A DNA stretch of 58,308 bases, counting the filler, from Dirinaria sp. TL-2023a (lineage: Eukaryota): the NCBI GenBank assembly GCA_051941275.1. It is 4 parts of 4 records of this genome, joined end to end, with 100 filler letters (N's around TTAATTAATTAA, not from the genome) between each part and the next. Parts side by side here need not be neighbours in the genome. Positions count along the whole stretch, not along the records: positions 29,232 to 43,720 come from JAVEBF010000602.1; positions 43,821 to 58,308 come from JAVEBF010000603.1; 2 more parts are not named here. One strand, given 5' to 3'. Below, piece by piece: positions 37,388-49,059 of this stretch; position 1 is the first letter of the stretch, and each line of letters starts with the position of its first letter. Under the pieces are notes generated by a model. The model was not told the DNA's origin, did not search any database, and saw only the letters and a program-made list of their open reading frames with translations. Position numbers and translations under genes: made by a program.

Positions 37388-38749
37388 ATGTCTGTCCTTC
37401 ACCTGCCTTACGTTCGACGTCTACTCGATTTTTTTAGCAGTCTTCGCCATTACAAGGAAATTGGAAGAATTCGGCTTGACCGCGGCTTCGCATCAACTCC
37501 CACCACCCAGCAATATGCTTCTCAAGGTCTGGAGCCTTCGGAAAAGGACCAAATGTTCTGGCAGCAAGCTACTGGACTGCCGTTGGCAACAATGTTACAA
37601 GAAGCCAACTACAGCTTCGAAAGCCAGCAGTCCACTCTCCAGTTCCATTCCAGTCAGATCATACCTCGCCTTGGGCCACAGCCAGTGGGGAAGGAGAACA
37701 GCGTAAAATGGAAGAGCTTCGTCACAGATGGCTTCTTCCCACTCGAGTACAGCTGGAGCTGGAACAAAGGATCTTCTGATCCGCCCAAGGTGCGGTACAC
37801 AGTCGAGCTCATTGGGTCAGATGCCGGCAGCACCATCGATCCCTACAATCAATTCAGTGGTCTTGATGCAGCTCGTGAGATAGCTTCGCGGAACTCCAAC
37901 GTCGATCTTACGTGGCTCTCGCACTTTTCCAACGCTGTGATTGGTAATAGCTCTGGACTAGCAAGTGCCACGAGCACGTGCGATGGAGCTTCCCAGTCGT
38001 CGATTTTTCTTGCATTCGATTTCCACCACGCCGGCGGCCTCAGCATGAAGGCCTACCTAATTCCTGTGAAGGCCGAGAAGATTGGCCTGTCTCGCCTCGA
38101 GGTCGTTTCTCAAGCGATCTATAACCTGCAGCAACAGTCCATGGCCAGGTTTCCCGCATATGACCTTTTGATGAAGTATCTCTCCACCCATTCTTCTTCT
38201 CATTCCATCAGCGTTGTAGGCCTCGGTGTCGATTGCGTACGCCCTGAAAAGGCTCGTCTGAGGCTCTACCTTCGCGGCTCCCAGACATCGTTCGACTCCG
38301 TCTCGGAGATGCTGTCTCTCAACGGCCGTCTGCCCACGATGGAATCCGAACGCACAGTGAGCAACGTTCGCAAGCTTTGGGATCTGCTGCTTTCCACATC
38401 GCCAGAGCTCCCTTCCAACGTGAACCTCCCCGAGAGCAATCACGAGACGGGCGGTGTCTTGTACAGTTTCGACATCAAGCCTGCAAATCAGTTACCGGAA
38501 GCAAAACTCTACATACCAGTCAAACACTACGCTCAAAAAGACGGGACCGCAGCTGAGGGATTCGACACCTTCATGCGCGAGCAAGGCCGGCACCAATGGG
38601 TTGAAGGATTCGGAAAGGTGTTGGAGCAGATTGGGGGCGAGGGGTGGAGGGAGAGACGTGGAATGCTGACGTATGTTGGTGTGGGACTTGAGAGAGAAGA
38701 GCTGAGTCTGACGAGCTATTTGGCGCCACGATTCCAGAGCTCTAATTAA
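37388..38749 (+). CDS. DMATS-family (ABBA) aromatic prenyltransferase, intronless
   Basis: DQMFWQQATG, WKSFVTDGFFPLEYSW, VRYTVE, KAYLIP, DCVRPEKARLRLY, KLYIPVKHY, TSYLAP. Confidence 0.92.
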   Translation: MSVLHLPYVRRLLDFFSSLRHYKEIGRIRLDRGFASTPTTQQYASQGLEPSEKDQMFWQQATGLPLATMLQEANYSFESQQSTLQFHSSQIIPRLGPQPVGKENSVKWKSFVTDGFFPLEYSWSWNKGSSDPPKVRYTVELIGSDAGSTIDPYNQFSGLDAAREIASRNSNVDLTWLSHFSNAVIGNSSGLASATSTCDGASQSSIFLAFDFHHAGGLSMKAYLIPVKAEKIGLSRLEVVSQAIYNLQQQSMARFPAYDLLMKYLSTHSSSHSISVVGLGVDCVRPEKARLRLYLRGSQTSFDSVSEMLSLNGRLPTMESERTVSNVRKLWDLLLSTSPELPSNVNLPESNHETGGVLYSFDIKPANQLPEAKLYIPVKHYAQKDGTAAEGFDTFMREQGRHQWVEGFGKVLEQIGGEGWRERRGMLTYVGVGLEREELSLTSYLAPRFQSSN

Positions 38750-40359
38750 GGCGCCGAACAGTGGTCCGTTCGATGGATCAGCCAGACGGGGCATGAAAAG
38801 GCTTCAAGAGAGACACGCGAAAGTTGAGTAGATCAATCTTGTTCGACAGAAGAGATCTAGCAAGAACGGAACGATGTGCCATTTCTTCCAATGATGCCCT
38901 TGTAGGTGAAGGTTCAGTCCTAGTGTCAAGTCTATATACAGTATATATTGCATCACAGGGACTGAGACTCGGTACGTAGTCTGTGTCGACGCAATTGCAC
39001 AAGATCGCTACACTGCGCGGTCATCTCCGTTGTGGCACGTAGGCACATCTAGAACCAAAGAGACGTACTCATGATCTACGAGCATGGCCGTCGGCGTGTC
39101 CGAGCCTTAGCTCGACCTAAAATCGCCAAAGTCAAACAATATAAAGTAAAGTTTGTCGTATAAAGTACAGTACGGTAGCCTTAAGGGACCTACTGTACTT
39201 TAAACATCGATAGTAGTCGCCATACAACAATCGCCGAGCTCGCGAGGCTTGGCAGCTAGACCGGAAAGGTTGCTTCCCCTCAGGATCTTGTTGTCTTCGT
39301 TTTCTTTCCTTTCTCAACCAGATGCACAAGCACTCGCGCGGTCATATGCTCACACTTGAAATTCTTCAGATGGTGCTGTCTGACTTTCCTTTTTAAACTT
39401 CGGTAATGTTTTGGAGGAATACATAGCAGCTTTTACAACATCACCTGTTGGAGCGCAAAGGATTTCAAGCATATTGGCTATCGATTATGATTTTCGAAAA
39501 ACTTAGTCCAAGACCTTGCTCCGGAATCTTTTGCGCACTGATTGCAGCAAACAATACTTCGAGACTGCCGGTAGTACGAGGATACCTCATAAGCTATCTT
39601 ATGGTGTACTCTCTTGTGAAATAGCTTGCTCGCGCGAGGGTGTGGCTCTAGAGCTCCTAACAAGCTCGCCGTGTTTGCGAGCCACAATGATGGGCTAATG
39701 TAAAGGAAGGTAACAAGAAACATTCTTGAAAGAGACTTTTATTCGTCAGTGTTTTGCTGCTCTCCTGAGCCAGCATTCAGCAGGTTCTCTGAGGACAATG
39801 CCTTTGTCCCAGATTTTCTCCTTATGTTTCTTGCATCGCTATCTCGGAGTTGATGGATTTCTGGTGCAATCATATTCGAGCAAATAATTTTTGTTTGTAT
39901 GATTTATTTCAGTCAGAGACTCAAAGTATTTATGGGTCTCATCTTGATTCCGGCCTTGCAATGCTAGCCATATTACATCGAAGGCAAAGTATGATATTCC
40001 AGGGCTGTTACATGGTATTGAGTCAGGGACTGTTGAGGGAACAAAGACGAAAATGTGCAGGTCACAATGTCATTGTAGGTAGGTCAATGCTTTCACACCT
40101 TTGTCGCGGGCTGGATTCCCTTGTTTTCTTATTATTCGATCAAATCTCCTTTGTCACTCTCAGGGGGATATAGAGCGTGCAAGAATAGAACGAATACTCG
40201 AGTCCATGAAATCGCCAGCTTCTCAACGCAGTACACTCTACGACAAACGGAGTCCTTCAAGAGCTTTCCCGGCGAAAGCAATACCTTTTTGCTCGGCTTG
40301 TGAGCGCTCATTTGGCTTTACAAAGATTCGTTCTCAGTCGTCCCCTCTGATCAATACTC

Positions 40360-41451
40360 ATGCCTTGGGAATACGTGCGAGAAAGGCGGAAGGACGGGGA
40401 TAAACGCGAGCCGCCCATTCAAGTGAGGCGTCGACCAGAACGACGATGGAATCCCGACCCCAACCTATACCAAGTCCGCACTCGACAACCTAGCCGCCGT
40501 GCCCCAGCACCTCCCAAAAGAACACAGGTCAAAGACTCCAATCGCGCGCCTCAGGAGTTTTCCTATATCAAAAAGATCGGCGAAGGTGGTCAGGGACGTT
40601 GCGATCTCTTCAAGCGCGCAAGCGATGGCAAACTTTTCGTTTACAAGCTGATGAAATGCGACGTGAATGTTGATGAGCGTAAGAAACCAGTCGAGGCCAA
40701 AATCATGATGGATATCCTGGGGAAACATTCGTGCATTATCGACATGTTCTTCTGGAGTTGGAGTCCCACGCAAACGATCTTTTACCTCGAGTACTGCTCG
40801 TTAGGCGACCTATCGCATCTCATCAAGGCATATCACAGCAACCGAATTGCTTTACCGGAACGCTTCATCTGGCACACGTATGTCCACCTTGTAACCGCAC
40901 TTGCCTGGATGCACGAAGGTTATGACCAGAGCAGGAGCTTCAAGCTAAAATCAGCTTTCCAACCGATCGTTCACCGCGATATCAAACCTCACAACATCTT
41001 TCTCCGGAAGAAACCGGGGGCATATTATCCTGACGTTGTCCTCGCAGACTTCGGGCTTGCCACTACCAAATTGCGTTCCTGTTTCGAGCCGCGTGACTTA
41101 TGTGGCTCCCCTCCTTACCAAGGGCCAGAAATCCCACTACACTCACGCGAGGGAGATTGTTGGGCCGTCGGCGCTTGTTTGCACCAGATGACTATCGGAT
41201 GTCCCCCTCTCGCGCCGACTCCTTATGGTGTCAACCATGATGACTGGACGGAGCGTCCTGAAGCTCGCAGGGTTATTGAGGTCACTACGAGAGGGTATAC
41301 CCAGGATCTGGAGGATGCCATGTATAAGGTGCTCAGGACCGATCCGGCCAAGCGTCTTATAGGCAGGGATCTGGTGAAGTCGGTAATACGTCGTAGCAAG
41401 GATGCGGGTGGCGAGTACTTGCCCCTAGCACCATGGGCTCTGCCAGGTTGA
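40360..41451 (+). CDS. Ser/Thr protein kinase, NIMA/NEK-like, intronless
   Basis: GEGGQG, VYK, LEYCSLGDL, HRDIKPHNIF, ADFGLA, YQGPE, DCWAVG. All catalytic motifs are intact. Confidence 0.9.
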   Translation: MPWEYVRERRKDGDKREPPIQVRRRPERRWNPDPNLYQVRTRQPSRRAPAPPKRTQVKDSNRAPQEFSYIKKIGEGGQGRCDLFKRASDGKLFVYKLMKCDVNVDERKKPVEAKIMMDILGKHSCIIDMFFWSWSPTQTIFYLEYCSLGDLSHLIKAYHSNRIALPERFIWHTYVHLVTALAWMHEGYDQSRSFKLKSAFQPIVHRDIKPHNIFLRKKPGAYYPDVVLADFGLATTKLRSCFEPRDLCGSPPYQGPEIPLHSREGDCWAVGACLHQMTIGCPPLAPTPYGVNHDDWTERPEARRVIEVTTRGYTQDLEDAMYKVLRTDPAKRLIGRDLVKSVIRRSKDAGGEYLPLAPWALPG

Positions 41452-41640
41452 AGTTGGATACCTATAGATCAAAATCGTTCTGCATTGTCCATTTCTCGGC
41501 CTTCTCCAAGGTGATACGGTCCAATTGCACCTGCTAGATTTCAGCAGACTGGCTCGCCCCGTTCAGGTGAGTTAAATCGCCAAGCTCTTGTTCATTCGCT
41601 CATATAATACTGCTTCTCTTTCTAATAGAATTCTTCTTTA

Positions 41641-41672
41641 CTTTGCATAATGAAGACTTTGCATAATGAAGA
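41641..41672 (+). repeat. Perfect 16-bp tandem duplication CTTTGCATAATGAAGA x2
   Basis: Read directly from the sequence. Confidence 0.9.
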
Positions 41673-41679
41673 TTGAGGT

Positions 41680-43720
41680 TGATCTCATGTCTTACCAATC
41701 AGCCTGCCCACCTTTAAACGCTGACTAGGTTCTAGTCAATCATATTTTATGAACATCGCTTCTCTATCTTTAGACAACAACAAAAGTTAACCCATCTACA
41801 GTCCATAAAGTACCACATACAAACTAAAGAGATTCATTAAGGCTTTGAAAACCCCATCTTTCCGAATCAGTTTTACCAGATATCATATTGAGTTTAATTT
41901 CCCTCCATCGCATCTGCCCACAAGTGAGCTGCACATCGAAGCTTTATTCACATGAACGCATTCTTGCGTCACAGATGGCTTTTTTCTTCTCAATTTTCCA
42001 AGCCTCCTTTATCTTAAGCTAGCTCTATCCTAAGCCAACGAAGCAATTCGCCACAGATCCTCTCTCAGAATCATACCTATATCCTCAAAAGTCTTCTACA
42101 CGCCCTACTTTTTTTAGAAAATCTAATTATGAGTGATTTATTTAAAAAGAAATACAAGATCGCACGCGATCCACAATCAGCACTAACGTTCATCTATGCT
42201 CCATTCGAACGCTTTATATCCATTTTATCATACTCCCACAGTTCCCTAAGTTAGGAGCCAGCGCCAACTTTAATTGGTCCAGGGTACAAACGAAGTCCTG
42301 TCTTCGAATCTTTCATACCTTGCAAATTTTTTTGTTTATTTCGACGAATTTAAGAAAACTGGTCCGCCGAGGTTTTAGATGCTTCAGCGCACTGTTCGAG
42401 GTTCAAAATCATGGGTAGTCGATTTTGCATTATTGTTTCTTTTATCTCGTTCGCAATCGATCAGATCAACACTAACATAACAACCTGAATCCCTCTACCA
42501 AAGCCATATTCAAAATATGCAATTTCCAGTCGTAAAGGAAAGACCCAGAAAAAGAAAAGAAGGGGGATGAAGCTCATACTCGCTGTAGAGTAAAATGAGG
42601 AAGCCAATAAACTCTACATTCCCTATATCCTTCCATTTATTTTATCCGCTTACTATGCTCTTCGTTATCAGTAGTATATAAACCCTTATTTACCTGAAAA
42701 TCATCTTAAAGCCACGATGGGACAGGTATCTTACTTATACCATCGTAGAAGAATAAGAAGAATCGGATTTCAATTCAAGCTCTCGAGTGCGCTTGTTGAT
42801 TTAAATCTACTCCCCACCACAATCCCACTTTCCCCCTCCTCCTCTCAACCCTCAATAAAAAAAGCTAGCATAAAGCCCCAGTAAATGCGCCTTCCACTAA
42901 AAAAAATCCACTCACCAAACTCTATGTTTCAAAGCCACCAACTCCCGTCCAGTCCGAAAAAAACAATCAACCTAAAACCAGCAAACACCCACGCGCACGC
43001 GCACGCGACGAACGTAAAACCCCCAACCCCCTTCTTAGATTTCATGTAGTGATTTCTTAAGCTAAAGCATTTTCAAATTCTCTACAGAGCGAAAAAATCA
43101 AGCGGTCTGCACGAGGGTTTTTTTCGGTTATGGAATTGAATTGAATGAAATGAAGAACATGTTGAGATTCGGAGGTATTATGTGGTCGCTGGTTTAAGGA
43201 GCGGGAGAGGAGGAGAGAAGAGAATAGTATTATCTATCAATCCAAGTACCGTATTTATAGAGGTATTAGTAGCATCGCTATCTTTATCTTCCCCCGCCCT
43301 TCCCCCCAATCTTCCTTAAAACCAAAATCTCAGAACCCCCCATCGCTACAGCTCCAAACGACCCCTTCAGTTCTCCCTGCCAAAAAATTTGCGCGTTTCG
43401 CAAGGCTTTGTAGGCCATCATCATCATCAAACATACCTCCCTCTCCCTCTTCCATACCCTTATCCTTATCCCTCCAAAACAATAACCACCACACATGACA
43501 CGATTGTATTCCTATGGCCTATCTCATCAAAACCCCCCTCCTCTTTCCATCCTCCTCAAAATGAAGAAAGAGTGTTAAAACCTCCGAATTCAATCTTCAT
43601 CTAGATATCTAAACAAAGATCCGCTTCTCCATCCTCATCTCCATCTTCATCCCTCGAACTAAAACTAAAACTCAAAACCCAGAAACAGCATTTCTATTTC
43701 CCTCTCTCTCTCATATACCC
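41680..43720. other. AT-rich gene-poor block, probably decayed/RIP-like repeat DNA
   Basis: No ORF of 60 aa or more between 41451 and 43284. High A/T, and it ends at a contig break. Confidence 0.5.
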
Positions 43721-43820
43721 NNNNNNNNNNNNNNNNNNNNNNNNNNNNNNNNNNNNNNNNNNNNTTAATTAATTAANNNNNNNNNNNNNNNNNNNNNNNN
43801 NNNNNNNNNNNNNNNNNNNN
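43721..43820. other. Artificial contig linker
   Basis: N-run/TTAATTAATTAA/N-run, 100 nt. Confidence 0.98.
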
Positions 43821-46746
43821 CGGTTGGAGGAGGAGGAGGAGGAGCAGAACGTGCCCCTGGTGCGCGTGACGAAGATGAGCCAGTTCTGCGTCAGCACGAT
43901 CTCGAGGTAGAGCACGGCGTCGCGTTCGCCGTAACCCTGGACGATGCCGCCGTAGTGTACCATGGTGCTGAAGCACACCCAGGTCCCCGCCGCCAGCACT
44001 ATGCCGAGGACGACGGCCGTGGCCCACAGTTTGGGCAGGTTCCATTTCGAGGGGGTGGGTGCGAAGAGCGCGTTGTCGTACGCCATGGCCAGGGTGGCCA
44101 GGTCGGCGAAGATGGCGATGAAGACCACGAGGTCCAGCGACATGGTGCCGTCGAGGACGGCGAGCCAGAGCCCGAAGAACAGCTGCAGGTGCACGGTCAG
44201 CGCGATGCGGTACACGATGTAGGCGTGGATCCGGTGGAAGATCTGGCGCGAGATCTTGATCGCGTCGATGATGGCCGACAGGCCCGGTGCGCGGAAGACG
44301 ATGTCCGCGGCCGCGATCGCCGCATCCGAGGCTCCTTGCACCGCGATGCCGGTGTCGGCTTTCTTCAAGGAGGGGGCGTCGTTGACGCCGTCGCCCGTCA
44401 TGGCGACTAGGTACCCTTTTTGCTGCAATATCTCGACGACCAAATGTTTGTGCTCTGGGAACACTTCGGCGAAGCCATCTGCACCTTCTACGAACTCCGT
44501 GCGTGCCGATGCCGCCACCGCGAGCTTATCGGCGTCGTAGATGTTCGGTCCAATGTCTAGCTGGCGGGACATCTCGCGCGCAATGCCAATGGAATCACCG
44601 GTGAGCATCTTGACTCTCAGTCCCAAAGCTTTGGCTTCCTTGATCGTGAACTCGGTATCGTGACGCGGGGGATCAGTGCAGGGCATTATCCCTAGGAGCT
44701 CCCACGGATCATCTCCTCTCTTTGCGGCAACCCCTATGGATCTGTACCCCCGACGTGCGAGCTCTTCCACTTCGACTTCGTACTCCTGTTGCACTTTGGA
44801 GGGAAGTTTGCGGCTTCTCATGACCATTTTAAGGATTGTCAAAGGAGCACCTTTGACACAAATCATGCGGACAAATTGTCCCGCTTCAGGAATGTCGCAA
44901 ACGGCCGTCACTTTTTTGGATACCGGGTCGAATGGGGTGAATTCGATGATTTTACACCGGCCAATCGTCTCCCTGGCGATTGGATAGTCTTTGAGAGCAC
45001 GGAGGAAAGCAAGGTCGATTGGCTCCAATCCTTTTTTCGTGTGACTGGCAGCTAGACAAGCGACAAGCATCAGCTTATCCGGAGATACATCATTGACCGT
45101 GTACGGTGTGCCCATCGTCAGCTTGTTTTTGGTCAATGTGCCTGTCCTGTGACCCTATTTAGTTTGCGCATTACCATTGGTCATTCTTGCAAGAGACTTA
45201 CTTATCAGTGCAGAGGACTTCCACCCCAGCCAGAGCCTCAATAGCATTAAGATTCTTAACAATAGCTTGTCTCCGGGCCAGATACGCTGATCCAACGGTC
45301 AGGGTCGTTACCACAACCGTTGGCAGGCCCACAGGAACACCAGTGATTGATATAACGATGGTGTACTCAAGTAACCTGATTATTTTCTTGGAGCGGAAAA
45401 AACCTTGGATCCATACCACGGCCAGAGTCATAAAGACCAAGACCAGAATAGCGTGTGTCATTCCGCTAAGGACCTGCCTGAAATGACCAAGACCCTCTCC
45501 AGCAGCGGTGACCATATTCGCCATCCTACCCATGCGTGTATTATCGCCGGTAGCTGTGACGATAAGTAGGGTCTTGCCACGTCTGACAAGGGACGAGGCA
45601 CAGCAGGTATCACCATAGCGCATGGTTTTGGCGAGCGATTCTCCTGTTATGGCCGATTGATCCACTTGCAAGTGGGTGTCCTGAAGCACAACCCGGCCGT
45701 CTGCGGGTATAACGCTGCCCTGCCAAATGGTTAGCGTTTGACCATTTGGATTACCAGCCAGTGTGCTTCTGTTACCTCCTCTACTTTCACAATGTCCCCT
45801 GGCACTATTAGTCTCCGATTCAAATCTTGGAGTTCTCCATCTCTCAGGACGCGACAGGTTGTTTCCATTGTTTTGTTCAATGCATTGACAACGGACGTGG
45901 CACGACTATCTTGCCAACCAGAGACTATGGTGTTCAGAGCAAGTAGACCGAAGATGACGCCTAGATCCACCCAGTGCTGCAACGAAGCGGCTAGTATCGC
46001 GATGAGCTGTACATAATGTATGTCAGCATGATAAACTTGGCCTGTGGAGCCGATCGAGATTAAAGTGGCAGAATTGGGCTTACTATCATGGTATACTGGA
46101 TAGGCCCATGGAAGTAGGAGAGCCATTTCCTGAGGATGTGCTTTTTCTCGTCACGCATCTCATTGTACCCGCAAGCGCGTCTCCTTGCCGATGCTTCACT
46201 AGTGGTCAACCCTACGTTGATATCCGTACGGAGCCAATCATCAGGGACTGTAGATAGGTCTTCAGTCTCCTTGTTAGTCGCCCTTGGCTTTGGCGTATCT
46301 TCTATGTCGTCGGCTTCCAGAGAAGCAATCAAAGCATTGATGTCTCCGGGCTCCTCATCGTCGTCAATTAAGACCGAGGTTCTCGGCTGAGTTCCTTCAG
46401 TTTCAGCGGTACCATCGAACAACGCACTGCAGCAGACGGATTCGGTATCCAGTGCACTGCTTGTATGAGAGGGCGAGCTGTGAGCGGAATCATCTGCTCC
46501 AGACATCCTCTCTAAGCAAGGTAGTTGAGACTGAGCTTCGAATATCGCTGAGTGTAATTCATCGTCACTGGCTGATTCGCTCGATCTCGGGTCGGAAACG
46601 CCTCTGGTGCGCTTCTGTGGCGTAGGCTGCGTGGGCGTGGTATCTGAGCTGCCACTACGCTCTTTTGCTCTTGGTAACGACCTGGTGGGTGCACCGTCAC
46701 CTAGATCGGGGTGCGCGGCTTTAAACGGCTCCAGTGCCTCAGGCAT
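43821..46746 (-). CDS. Divergent P3A-type plasma-membrane H+-ATPase (Pma1 paralogue), multi-exon, 3' end lost at the contig edge
   Basis: TGES, GVPVGLP, CTDK/TGTLTKN (intron-split phosphorylation site), [46 protein letters not shown]. Confidence 0.92.
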
Positions 46747-47486
46747 TGATGCTCAAGATATATGGAGCCAAGGTGGAGCGACACAAGTAAATGGTGGAGT
46801 AACGATGATCGATGCGGATAGCTAAAGATATCCAAAGGCCTGAAAGAAGGATGATGAGAGAGCGTAAGGTTAGAGAAGCCCTTAACATTGGAAGTGAAAT
46901 TCGAATGCTCTAGGAGAGCTTTCCCTCATTGGATACTGTTCAAAGAAAAATGGCAAGAGCGAAGATGCTGTACGGTGTACCGTTGCCATCCATGTCGTTG
47001 CTGAACTTGTACCTCAAGAATACTTACCTTGCATCTTGCCACGCAGCGTTAAAGTCTTCTAGATCAGTTGAAGCTGTCTTATTGGACTTGTCAATAATAC
47101 CCCACACTCAGCCGTAGAAATCACGGCTTATTTTTGAGAATTGCAATAGACAAGTACTGGGGAGACATGAGCCTTGAGCGCACGGACTTATGATTAGAAA
47201 TGTTCATGATTGACTGTACATCACTCACGGCATTATACAGCAGACTCGAATAGGATCTGACATCAACGGCCAACAGCAGTTGCGGGATATTAGGCAGAAT
47301 TGAAACCCCAAGTAGAAGATGATGCATATAAAGAACTTTTAGCAAGTGTACCCAACCGCGGATACACATCCAGGATCATGGCTCCGGATCCAAACATTAG
47401 ACGAGTCGAAGAATTTTATAGGCTTTTGCTCGGATAAGAGTCTCGTACGTTGGCTGGGTATCAGGTAGCACTTTGCTTGCAGAGTA

Positions 47487-49059
47487 TCATGCGTTTTGCG
47501 TCTGTGCGTTTGCAATGACTCTATTGACAATTTGCCAATAGACACTCTCCTCGATAACAGCGCCGAAACTGCCCCGACGACGTTAGTAGTAGCTACTTCA
47601 AAGGATGATCATCGTCATCATAGTGGGCATGTAAGGGCTGTGACAGCAGCGCCATGGATTAATGACCAACTTACCCACAACATTTCACTTCGTAACTTAA
47701 TTCTCTCTTCAAGATTCCGAACGTCTCCAAATCCATTTTCCAGAAGTTTGGATGTTCTCTTAGGCGGTGCCAGGCTTCGACAGGAGTCAGCTCACCCTTG
47801 AGGTTGATGCTGCTGCTCAGGTTGAGCAACTCCTTGATCATTGCAGCGCTTGCCAACCATTGAGAATTAGACTGCGGAGGGCTGGCAGAGCTGGCTATTA
47901 GGGGCGTCGAAGCTAGGAGAATGTGGTTGGAAGGATCGTGGGACTTGCCGCTTGGGTGAGGAATGTGAGGCATACATGGGTGCTCCAGAGCTAATACGAA
48001 ATCAATGGCGATATCAGGGGTGTCGAGAAGAGGGTTGCGCTCCATATATACGGCTTGGGTGGAGGGCGTAGCAAAGGATAACGGTTGAAGGGAGAAGTCT
48101 TTTACAGGATTAGTTAGCTGGGCTTTAGAATGAGAGAAATAGCCCACCATTAGGAAGGCCAGCAGCGGACTGTTGAGAAATATGTTGAACTTCAGAACCT
48201 TGAGCTGTAGGGACTTGCGACTGCAGTCCTTGCAATTGCTGTCCCTGTGCCCCTAGAGAAGCTTGCGATGATGGCCAGTTGACATGCAAGCGTTGGTGAC
48301 TCATGTCGTCAGGATACAGCGATACAGTGGCAGAATCCTGAGATAAATGGCGCTGAGACAAATCTTTGGCCGTGTCTTGGATCCCGGCTGGCAATTTAAC
48401 CCCTGCAAGAAGACAGGTGGTTCTCAAGATCTCGACTTTGCCCTGAAGGTTGTCCTTCTCCTGTAGTAAGGCGTTTTCTGAGTTCCTTAGTCGGACGACT
48501 TCAGATTCAAGGGTCTTGATGTAGTTCTGAGTCCGTTGACGATGCGTACTAGATGATGCAATTTTAGGACATACTCAGCCAAGAAGACGGAATAAACGAA
48601 GGATTGGATGAATATACCGTTGGGCATGGCGAACTTGTTCCCGACGTTTGCTGGGAGGTGCTGGCCCGCCAGAGTCGGATTTGTTGCCTGTGTTCGAGAC
48701 CACAATGTTAGCATAATCACTGTCCCACCGATGTCTTACCGGGGCGCTCGTTGCGACATTCTTCTAATCAGCCCACCTTCAAGTACCGAAAAGGCAGTTC
48801 GCAAGAACGCTAGCGCAACAGCTCTGCTCAAAGAGCTGAAACGCCAATATGGATGGGATTCAAAATCTTGGAAGCTTGATTTACCTCTCTGTGGCCTACT
48901 CTGTGGCTGCAAGAATGTTAACGAGCTGGTGCCCAGAGTTCTTCTAGCGCGCTTCCATAACGAATCGTTGCCCTTCCTCCCGCTCGGAGCAGCAGATGAG
49001 GGCGAAGCACCTTCAGACGCATTGGATGTGGACGGCGATCCGTGAGAATGTTGGGACAT
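47487..49059 (-). CDS. bZIP transcription factor, multi-exon
   Basis: Spliced basic region KRREQVRHAQR/THRQRTQNYIKTLESEVVRLR with a leucine zipper; C-terminal DFVLALEHPC...ELTPVEAW...VKCCG/FGAVIEE. The 5' exons are less certain. Confidence 0.8.

Noticed and set aside
43284..43496. 70-aa minus-strand ORF in the AT-rich block
   Set aside because: Low-complexity context and no supportable upstream exons; at most a decayed last exon.
43955..44987. Several plus-strand ORFs over the ATPase
   Set aside because: Antisense shadows caused by high GC3.
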